This document shows, in pieces, positions 12,789-22,841 of a DNA stretch of 64,000 bases. Within the stretch, counting starts at the first letter, position 1. Each line of letters starts with the position of its first letter. A program made the translations under genes and the position numbers. Below the pieces are notes generated by a model, which was given only the letters and a program-made list of their open reading frames with translations, did no database searches and had not been told where the DNA came from. Source of the stretch: Blasia pusilla (lineage: Eukaryota); contig CM114271.1 in assembly GCA_050084515.1 (NCBI GenBank), forward strand, positions 12,772,001-12,836,000. The letters are read 5' to 3'.

Positions 12789-13890
12789 GATGACGAGGCA
12801 GAAGAATTCATAGAATAGATCAAATGTACAGTTCCGAGCTTCCTTCAGATGTAATAAAGGACAAGATTTTTTCGAACGATGATGGTGTTTGTAAAAGGTT
12901 GCTAAATATCTTTTTTGGTCTTGTCAATTGTGATTGTCTATGTACTCTGACAGTTCATATTGCAACCCGTAGGATTGCCACGGGTTGCAACTTTTCACTT
13001 TGTGACCACTGCACCTTTTTAACCACTTCCAAGCAACCTGTCGGATTCAGACAGGTTGGTTGCGTGAGTGATCAGACTCTTTCCCTGTTAGTCCAACTTT
13101 ACAGGCATTCTGGTGGGCTTCTTCACTTTGGCACCTTCCCCTAGTTTTTTCAAACAAGTCTTAGGCTTCCTCTCTTCTCTAAGACGTGTTGGATTCCTAC
13201 TACCTGGCTGAGGACATGATGGTGTCTCCAAGGACGGAGCACATATTGATACTTGATGGGTATAACCTTGCAGAGCGTACAAGATTTACTGCCGAGGAAG
13301 GCGGTGGGACTCAAATCAATTTACATGGGACCGTTATGGTGTACCTAGGGGGTTGCCAAGGCTCTCGAATTTGCCAACATTTTTATCCCCGTCTACAATC
13401 GGCCACAAGAGCCACTTGTATCCCAAGACATTCCTTTTGTATAGGAACCTAGGAGAGTTGGGAGTAAAGTTGTAGATGACGAGGCTGAAGAAATCATAGA
13501 CTAGATCACATGTATATTTCCGAGCTTCCTTTGGATGTAATAATGGACAAGATTTTTTCAAACGATAATGGTGTTTGTAAAAGTTTGCTGAATATTTTTT
13601 TTGGACTTGTCGATTGTGTTCGTCTAGCTACTCAGAATGTTTATTTTGCAACCCGTCTGATTCCGACGGGTTGCAACTTTTCACTTTTTCACCACTGCAA
13701 CTTTTTAACCATTTCCAAGCAAGCTGTCGGATTTTGACAGGTTGGCTGCTTGAGCGATCGGAATCTTTCCCTATGAGACCAACTTCTGAGGCATTGTGGC
13801 AGGATTCTTCACTTTTGGCTCGTTCCCCTAGTATTGTCAAACCAGTCGTAGGCTTATTTTCTTCTCTAAGACGTGTTAGATTCCTATTGC
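12789..13890 (+). repeat. Diverged direct duplication of about 410 bp (12789-13200 and 13475-13890), each copy with two palindromes
   Basis: GATGACGAGGCAGAAGAATTCATAGAATAGATC... versus GATGACGAGGCTGAAGAAATCATAGACTAGATC..., colinear through ...CTCTAAGACGTGTT. Confidence 0.85.
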
Positions 13891-14583
13891 TTGTCGGATT
13901 GCCATTTTGGATTCCCAATCATTTGGATCTTCGTGGGTGCAGGGTGGAATGGAATCACTTCTCAAAATCTTTCCTTTGTTATGGTGAGTTTGCTTGCAAG
14001 GGGTGCAAGCCATCTGATTCCGACGGGTTGCAAGAGTTGCAACCTGTAAAATTCCGACGGATTGGGAGGGATGCAGCTTCTCGGTTTCTCAGCTTTAGGA
14101 TCTGAATGAAGGAACATCAATTCCTCTTTACTCCAGACAGCTAACAATCTTTTGGTTCAATTATTGTCTCATGTGTACACATTTCACAAAGTTGGTCTTT
14201 ATTTGAACCTTTCATTGAGATGAGATTGCTACTTTTGGTCACATTATTTGCCAATGGTCCTCCAAAAAAATAGCCTTGGGCACAACTTAGTGTAGATTTA
14301 GACAGAAAATGTGAAAAAACTTAGGCTCACATGGAGAGTGATGGGAAAATGTTTGTAGTGGTCTTATGATGTCTACTAGTTTTTTGCCCCCTAGAAAAAG
14401 GAGGTTTCTTTAGGCCCGAACGTGGACCACTACCTACTCTCTTCTAAAGATTTCATGAATTTGAAAGCAAACAAAAATTTCAAATATGTCAAAAAGTTTT
14501 GAAAAGAGGAGGCGGATTTGGCCCTTTTTTTTAAAAAGAGACTCTCCTCTCTTCCTCTCTCCTGCCAGAATACCAGCCCCTGG

Positions 14584-15734
14584 GATGGTGGTAGAGCAGT
14601 CCGAGCGAGACTCGTGAAGACCATATAAGTATCTTGACTTCAGGCAAGTGAAGAGCTAGCATCAAGGAACAAACCCAGTGATTGATTTGGATGAAGAAAT
14701 TACGCCGCCTAGGTATTTGGAGACCCCGGATTTCTCCCAAGTCAGAGTAGAAGGAACTTCTCTAAAATCAGTGAATTTTTTATTTCAAAAGCCTTCCGTT
14801 GCTGGAAGTTTGCAACATCGAGTCTATGGGTTAGTTCAACAGTATGGGATTCCGGTCACCAAGGTGGATTGCAACCTCAAAAGGTTGCATATATCTTGGA
14901 GCAACCCTGGATGTGGACCCACTTGCAGGGCAGGATCTGATGGTATAAGGAGAGGATGTGGCACTTTCCTAATTAAGAACTGTACAAGGACTAGATGACG
15001 AGTGTGTGGCTTCGGGGAACTCAAAACCTTTGATCATTTCACGAGGACCGGGGATCAATTGAAGTACTTCTTATGCCCAAATGAATCCTATGCTTTCCGA
15101 AAGTCTTATCTGGCTGCCATTGGAGCTCTAGGGAATACCCCACGATTTGGCCCATTGCCACAGGTACAAATTGCACTAAGGACAAAGTGGACAATCTTAC
15201 AAGTGACTGTTTTAGACTCGTAGACGGAGGAAGTTCGATGCATGTTCGCATTACAGAGACCTTTGCATTTCGGATTCAACCCAAGATTGATGTCAACATG
15301 TATTCGGAGAAGGTGGATGATCTCAATCCACTATTTATGTTTGAGTCTAGAAATGGGATGAAGAGAAAGAGAATATGTAGGCCAACAGTGGAGAGAGCAA
15401 AGCAAATCGCACATCAGCTTGGGAGGCAAACATGGACATCATCGCCACAAAAGATGTTTAGAGTGGCAATGGAATAGGAAGGATGTAGTGGGTCAGGAGC
15501 AAAACTGTAAATTAAAGTGTCACAGGGATGTATGTGGTGCACATATGTTGCTTTCCCACATGTTCTTGTGGTGACTTTGTCCAAAGAGAGACAAGTGGGA
15601 AAAGGTATTTCCCTTGTAAGCACATGTTTTATGTGTTGCTTGTAGTTTTAAGACAGTCGGAGGTAGGAGTAGGAATCCACCAACCAATTATGTCCCTCAA
15701 AGAAGTGCCAAGTATTTTAAACAAACCACTTTGA
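14584..15734 (+). pseudogene. MULE transposase copy A, C-terminal part with SWIM zinc finger
   Basis: Homologous to the reverse complement of 3740-2857. PTCSCGDFVQRETSGKRYFPCKHMFYV is a CxC-xn-CxH SWIM finger. Stop at 15734. Confidence 0.8.
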
Positions 15735-16501
15735 GGATGCAAAATGAGGTCTTAGATCTGATTTTCATTTTCCAGAATCTTCACTTTGAGCTTGAACTCT
15801 ATTCAGCCAAGGGAAAATGACAGATTTTTTCCAGACCTTGGATGGAAAAAGTGATTTGTTCCACATTTATGATTCCAATGAATTTTCAGTTTTTTAAATT
15901 TTGTGCAAGTTGCAACACGTCGGATTCAGACGGTTTGTCGAAATGTGGAAGAGGAAAAAAATTTGTGGGAATGCCTAAGCACTGAGAATAAAAGTGCAAA
16001 AAAAATCACACAAAAAGTTTCCTCTCTTCAACCAAATGGAAACTCTCTTTAAAAAAAATCATCTCTTTGGGTTGAAGGTAGTTTCCTCTCTCCTCTCTTC
16101 CTCTCTTCCTCTCCTCTTACCGCGCCTCAAGTGTTGGGTAACTACCACTTGGGCTCGCCCTAGCGTCGACGGGACAAATCACTCTGTCTTGGGGTTTGGG
16201 GTGATCTTACTCGTGAGTGCATGAGTGAACTTAGTGACGCGCCTAAGTTGAATACGAGAGCGACCCAAAAGTAGTACGAATTGTGTACCATGTAAACAGG
16301 CGGGATGTTTACGAGTTGTGAGCCAAGAGAATTCTTAGGTAGCAAACTTAGTTAGCTTATTTGATAGGTTAGACCGGTTGAGAATTGGTCTAAGCTCATC
16401 GAAGAGGAGATGCTAAACGATGTTAAGTGTTGCACGCAAAAACCTAAGACTTAAGCCAAAAGAGGAATTTTAGGTTGGCTACTAAAATTAAGAAGGACAC
16501 A

Positions 16502-16925
16502 GAATGGATCGGGAGTTTTGGCATTGGGATTCGAAACCCAAACCAAGTCCAATAGAGTAGATTTTGGGGTCCCTATTGGATTCCAACTCGTGCCTCATAT
16601 TGTTGAGTCTCAGTTGGAGGCTCATGTGAGGTCCATTGGACAATTGGGACCGCTAGGCACGCAGACGCTGTTTTTGATGTCTGGACTAACCAAAAAGTTT
16701 GTCCCAAGTCTCGGAAGACTTTCCTTTATTGGGAGACTATGAATGAGGGAAGGTTGATCTTGATGAGGTGCCGAGTCGAGGACTTAGTGGGTTTGAAGGC
16801 TGCTTGACCCAAGCCACACTAATGTAAGTACATTTGGGTGTTGGTTGGTGATGAGAGCGTGTCCTATTGAACATACGCTTGTGCAACACTAAGATTGATG
16901 TTCGAGGGAAGAAGGCACACCAAAA
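16502..16925. repeat. Dispersed repeat (probably LTR-retrotransposon LTR sequence), homologous to 40425-40845
   Basis: Shared GAATGGATCGGGAGTTTTGGCAT...GGGATTCGAAACCC..ACCAAGTCCAATAGAGT, colinear to AGGCACAC. Confidence 0.7.
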
Positions 16926-18192
16926 ATAGGGGATGCCCCCCTTTTTTTCCACGCCGGTTGTAGCCTTCACATACTCGACTCTTTGAGTCCCCCCTTTTTT
17001 GTATTCCGTATGGGTTCTCAATCACCCACTTTTTATCAAGGTTGCTTGTTTTTCACATATCTTTATATCCAACCACCTTCAACCATCATCCGCTATTTGT
17101 TTGTCCAAACCAACTCTTAAGCGTGTTTGTATCAAAGGGGGCCTAATCCTAGCAACTACCCTATAGTGACTTCAATGTGAAGCCATGGTTAACTATGATC
17201 TTTGAATTTTTTTGGAGACATTTTGCTTAGTCACCAATTCGTATCTACCAAAATTTCTAAATATGATATTTCTAGGGTGTGTTAAAATTTATTTGCCTCT
17301 TAGAGTAAGGCTCTACTTATTGAGAATTGAGGTGTTTTGTGGTTTAGGTGTCACATCTTAGTTAGTAGATAGGTAGAGTTCTAACGCATCGAGGACATAG
17401 AGGGTCAACTAGTTGTTTGGGTGTAATTTTGTCTCGAGATATCGGATGAGGTTGGCGACAAGTCCGTTGTGTCAGGAGTTTTTTTGGGGGATGGCTATTT
17501 TTTTGGGGAAGAGCCTTTTGGCCCTTTGCAATGCTATAAGAGAGGGAGAGATGGATTTACCAAGCCATCTTTCTCATGTTGAGCCTTTGGAGCACCTCTC
17601 TAGTTACTTGTATGTGTGAGTTTATGAAGAAACTAGGGTACTAGCTTCTGGATTCCCTCATAGCAGAGGGTGGATGTGGCTCAATATGTCGATATAGATT
17701 TAGGAGTGGAGTTTCAGGTTGGGTCAGCCATTTTTACTCTGATTTTTTGTGCAGTCTCGGTGTATATGCATAAGTGTATTTGGTTTATGGGTGGATCAAC
17801 CCGTGTGTTGGTAAGATCGGTACTGTATGGTATGACGATATGACATGGGATGTGGATTGTGTAGCGATGTGTATACGCACGACAGGGATTTGATTTTGAT
17901 AATAGGGTGTCCTCTTGATTCTCAAATTCCTTCTTTAGCTTGTTTTGTTATTCAATAATGAAATGCCTTAAGATAATTGGATCACACATTTTGGGGTAAT
18001 AATAGATACTTATCATAAGCTAACAAGAAATAGGTTCATACTTGTTCATTTAAATTTTAGAGAATTTTACATGCATGGACATATGAGTTTTACAAGATTG
18101 GATCTCTTTAACATCCATACAATTTTTTACTAAGATAAGAGTTTTGACACCCAGTGAAAGAAAATGTACCTAGAAACCTCCCATAAATATTA

Positions 18193-18367
18193 CTAGTAAG
18201 GATCCGTAAGAGATTGAGCCATGCACAGGTCCTTATTCATTTATGATTCGCTTTAAAATGTCCCTCTCCTTACTTATATGATCCCAAAACTATTTTATAA
18301 GGAAGTAGTGCCACATGTCAAACAAAGAAGTAGCTTAAAAAATTGCATCCTACAATTAGTATATAGA
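18193..18367 (-). mobile_element. Short non-autonomous Helitron-like element
   Basis: Minus strand reads A|TCTATATACTAA ... CTAG|T. The hairpin is not clear. Confidence 0.5.
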
Positions 18368-18430
18368 TGAGAATATTTATGTGGATCTTAATTATTATTT
18401 AATTTTGTAGTGTTCTAAACTAAAAAAGTA

Positions 18431-18630
18431 CTAGTGTAGGCATGTGTAATGCACGAATTTAAATTACCTTCCATAATTAACTCTTAAAAATTGCCAAGTT
18501 TCATTTTAAACTAATTTTGAGCAAACTTTTTAGTTCAAAAGATAAGCGGTACCATTGGCTGAAAACGCCAAGTATCAAGAGGAAATGAGTTTGCAAAATG
18601 AAAATGCACTCTCCAATAATAAAGTATACA
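18431..18630 (-). mobile_element. Short non-autonomous Helitron related to the large Helitron 5' end
   Basis: Minus strand 5' TATACTTTATTATTGGAGAGTGC... resembles 18858 TCTATACTATTATGGGAGAGTGC. The 3' end is a degenerate hairpin CGTGCATTACACATG followed by CTAG|T. Relatives at about 27770-27915 and 38485-38698. Confidence 0.6.
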
Positions 18631-19079
18631 TATGGCATTTTGGGTGATTAATGTGTTAATCATAGCAACTAGTTGCATGTTAAGGTGCCAATCTATATTA
18701 TCATTGGAGAGTGCCAATTCGTTTTGCAAACTCCTCTTCTTTTGACATTTAGCATTTTCACCTAATGAGATGGCCTTTTGAATTTTTTAACTATTATAAT
18801 CATTCATTGATTTTAAATAAAACTTAAAAATTAAGTACGGGAGGAAATATGTAATCATCTATACTATTATGGGAGAGTGCCCTCAAAATTCGCAAATGGC
18901 TTAGCTAATGACACTTGGCGTTTTAAACCAATCAAGGAGGTTCATGAACGAATAGGGGTTCATGCGCTTAGGGTCTTTTGGTGCTATTATGCCGGCCATT
19001 TAAGGGTTTTGTTAGGTGCGGCGCAATATATTGTAATGGTATTTTAAACAAGGATTTGAATTTTTTCCTAGAGATAGTT

Positions 19080-21869
19080 AGGATTGTGAAGATACCGAGC
19101 AAAGTGTTTCCCCACCTCGAAGGTCGCTATAGGGTTTAAGATTTTTGGGCTACCGTATTTATACACTCTTCCCAACTTAGAAACTCCGATCACATACAGT
19201 GAGTAAAGCACCCACATGCTCTGAGCAACGACGTTGCAATTTTTTGTATGCAACCATACGACTCTTTATTCATGAGTCCGGTGTAACAAGTGTAAGGTTA
19301 CTTTAGGAGACCTAGAATCTCCATTCAAACATTTTTTCATTTAAGCAAATACAAATCTTTATTCATGTCTATGAACACCATTGCATTTGAGCTATCCTAG
19401 GCTACATGAAGCTCTCTACTTACAAACACAAGTGTTTGTGCTTTGCATGTATATCTTCAGGAGTAGCTCGCGGTTGCTGTTTGGCTTCAGAAACTTGACA
19501 CTTGAACTCTCGGTTGCTACTGAGAGTTGCGAGTTGCGAGTTGCAGGTATATCTTGCAAGAGCAGCTCCTAGTTGTTGTTCCGATTCAAAATCTGGGCAC
19601 TTGAACTCTCGCTTGTTGTTCGGAGTTGCGAGTTGAAGCAATCTCGGGTTCAGGTCCTGCTGGTTCCGAGTTGCCTTTTGAAGTCTCCGAGTGAGCTCCA
19701 CCTCCAACTGCTGCTCCCGAGTCACCTGTTGAAGTCTCGAGGTTAAGCTTTAGCTCTTGGTGCTCTCGACCACCTGCAGATAGCTTCATACAACTCCAAC
19801 TCCCATCTCTGCATACGAAATAGGTGAAGAACAATTCAATTGTGCATAAATACCATCATGGCAACTAGAACGACAACAAGAAAGTACACACAGGGGAAGG
19901 GAAATAAAGTTGTCGACGTCACTTCATCAAAGAAGCACTATGGTGTGAAGGAGGCTGATCTCGAACCATTGGAATGTTCCAAATGGTCTCCCATATTGGA
20001 GGGGAATTGGATATGCCTAAGCAAATGGAAAAGGTGCCACATTGGGGTAGGCCCTCCTTGGGGGGAAAAACTCATACGGGAGCATGCTTTGGGGTTTGAG
20101 TATGCTATAAAGGATTCTCTCCCTATTAGGGGAAAGCCAACATTATCAAATGAAGAATATTTTACTAAGCCAGTAGAGGGCTTGGAAAAATATGTTCGTA
20201 AAGCTGTGCAAGGTAGCCCAGAGTATCGCCTTAGGCAGTCTCGCAGTGATAGAGAGCGCGCATTCGAACGAGACTCTTCGAAGAAACGTATCAAAAAACC
20301 ACAACCCAAAGTGGAAGAACGAGGCTCGCCTTCAACAGGGAGTTCAAAACATGTCCCGGACCTGCCAATGAATTTTGTCCCAAAAGTGATAATGTAGATC
20401 CCTCACAAAGGGAAAAAGAGTGAGGGCGTGGTGGTGAATATTTAGATTACGTTGTAAGATCAGGGTAGGAATAGAATAGTCAGCGGACAGACATGTAAAG
20501 CTGAGAGAATGAATGGTCATCACGTGAATAAAAGTCGTATCTACATTGAAACAAGGTCTATGTCTATGGATGTTTCTTTGCACATTTCCCTTCCCTATCC
20601 TAAAGTGCTTAGCTTGAGCACTCTAGGATGGAACAATCCCGAGCATCTATCCAAGAGTATGCACCGTACGTACTCTCGACTGCAGAGAGTGAGGAGCCGA
20701 GACCCTGCTTACGTCTAGACCCGCCCTATTCTGTAGGAATTAGTTTCGGGACAACTCCAACTCCCATTAGTTTGGGCCCTCTCACCCTCCAGGGATTAGT
20801 TTAAGAACTCTAACTATGAGGAATTAGTTTTGGGCCTTTCACCGTGCACGCCCATTAGTTTCGGCCCTCTAACTCTACAGGAATGAGTTTCGGCCCGAAG
20901 AACTCAGAGATTCAGCAAGCTAGAGAGAAACCGGCTACGTCCAGCCCCACCCAAATCAAATGACTAACAATTCCTTTGAATTTAGCCCCTACGAATGCCA
21001 GAAAGAGAAACTTCACGCACACATAGCCCCGAGAGTAGACCAAACCCAGAAATAGACCAAGATCGACTACAATAGGTGCGAAAATCAAAACAAGGGATTC
21101 AAGAGAGTGCAGGATTCAAAGGAAAAAATCCACTCCAGCCACCCCACTCCATCCTATCCCCATATAGTCCCGCCAAATGGTTGCTCTGACTGAAATGGCT
21201 GCTTTGCATAAAATGTCTGCTCAAAGGGAAATAGCTACTCGAAGGACGCAACCAAAGGACAGCGTGTGGGGGCGGAAACATGAAATAGCGCGTGAGCAGG
21301 TTGGAGGCAAGAGAGGAGCAAGGCGGGGTGCATGAGAAAGCCCTCATGCGCTCCGCACAGAATCGGGGAGCGCGTGGGCAAAGAAGAGCAACGCGCAGGA
21401 GCGCGCGGGCGGGGCACATCGGAGCGCAGGAGCGTTGAGAGAGGAGAGAGAGTGCAGTGAAATGAGAGGTGGAGGTAAGGGGGAGGGGGTTAGGGGTTTA
21501 GGGCAAGAAAGTCAGCTTGGCAGTGGAAGCGCTCTTCCGCCATCCAATGGAAGATCTAACGGTGGAAGCGCCTAAGCGCTTTTCCGCCGTCCGATCTAAG
21601 ATCGGACGATAGGGATTCGTGGAGGCGGCGGCGGCACTCCCCGCTTTTTTTCCAGGTCTGGGAGCCAGGTAGGTTAGGGATAGGTTAGGGTTAGGGTCCG
21701 ATAAGTTATCAACCCTAACCCTAACCGAACCTCTCTCTTTTTTTAAAGGATTTTTTCTTTTAAAAAAATCAAGAAAATTAAAAAAAGGGAAAATAAAAAC
21801 CCCCTCCACCATTTTTCTTTCATTTTCTTTCTTTTCTCTCATTTTGTTTCATTTTCTCTTCTCTCGCCC
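19080..21869. mobile_element. Putative nested insertion of unknown type in the Helitron 5' region
   Basis: Flanked by near-identical CCTAGAGATAGTT (19067-19079) and CCTAGAGGTAGTT (21868-21880). Composition differs from the flanks. Contains an ATTAGTTT motif array (20738-20893), TTAGGG-like runs and a 185-aa ORF I do not recognise. Confidence 0.35.
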
Positions 21870-22841
21870 TAGAGGTAGTTTTTTTTTTTTTTCCTAATAA
21901 TTCATGTTATAATTGTCAAGTGTATTTAATAGTTTTATGGTGTGTTATGCAGATGGGGAGACTGCGGCATGGTGATATCACAAATACAACGATGTCAAGT
22001 ATGCATATGAACGTACAAAAGAACCCTTCTCCAATGTAAGCACCTCGCTTTACATTTGCATAATGATGACTTCTATGATACTTTTGTCATATATGTACGT
22101 TTATCATGTGTTCTAACCCATTCCATAAAATCCTAAGGATTTGCAAGACTATCGAAAATTGATGCGTGCAAAAGCACAACAAAAATGGTGTATCTGTTGT
22201 AAGGACATTCTACTGCAACAAACATGAAAGATGAACTCCTTGCCGAGACATCTCCAACGTAAGTCTACTCCACTAATCATCATTTAGCAAGCCCAAATTT
22301 ATATCTTCCATAGTCCCAACTTCTAATATTATTTGCTTTGTTTCTTCAATTGTTGTGTTATTCCAGACTTCCCATTCCATTGAATCCTATCGATATACGT
22401 GATTTCCGAAAGGTTGCACGTGGTGAGGCTTAAAAATGAAAATGTGCCATTTGTGCGGATAAAATGGAAGTTCTCAAAGAAAAAAAGAAGGAAAGCGCTC
22501 CATGTTCAAGTTGAGCCTTCTTTGGTAGTCGAGGCTCTTCCAACTATTCCAATTATGGAGATTTTGACTCAAATCATAAGGTATCTATCCTACTTTTTAT
22601 CCTCATTCGAAATCAGCCATATATGATTTATGTCTATTGTTTATAATATATGTTCATTATTTCTTCAGGCCTTCCAATGCGAATAGAGTGATGTTGGGAG
22701 AAAATCAATAAGTTCATCTTCAATCCCCAAAAGATATTTATGTTCCGCCAAGACCAACACTTCAATTATCTACCTTTGCATTCCATGAAGTTATTGAGAA
22801 TCCTTCTACAATCAAGCCAACTACTTATGTAACACCAAGAG

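Larger units (their letters stand above)
7779..12818 (+). pseudogene. Cargo gene: ParB/Srx-like domain fused to beta-class N4-C/N6-A DNA methyltransferase-like domain; 3 exons, disrupted
   Basis: ATG at 7779, downstream of a TATA box. FFIWDGNHKFMAW (D at 8834) resembles the ParB GxxRxxA motif. VDLLVADLPLG (D at 11482) resembles motif IV DPPY. EKSPTLMQTLIELCSRPSDLVFDLVGLSRASIRGASQSGRTFSA-LE (12457-12594) resembles motifs X-I-II. Introns at about 8984-9717 (donor unclear) and 11755-12277 (GTAAGG...AAAG). Stop TAG at 12816-12818. Confidence 0.7.
2437..14583 (-). mobile_element. MULE-family DNA transposon copy B, about 12.1 kb, both ends present, with ParB-methyltransferase cargo gene
   Basis: Flanked by GATGGTG at 2430-2436 and 14584-14590. 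The termini are GA/TC-rich imperfect inverted sequences. Contains the transposase (-) and a cargo gene (+) in divergent orientation. The right boundary is uncertain by about 3 bp. Confidence 0.85.
1..16128 (+). mobile_element. MULE-family DNA transposon copy A (left part outside window), interrupted at 2436/14584 by nested sibling copy B
   Basis: 1-2436 is a reverse-complement homolog of ~5710-3735. The coding sequence resumes at 14584 exactly where it breaks at 2436. The right terminus ...CTCCTCTTACCGCGCCTC (16128) matches the reverse complement of the copy B terminus at 2437 with one C/T change. Confidence 0.85.
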
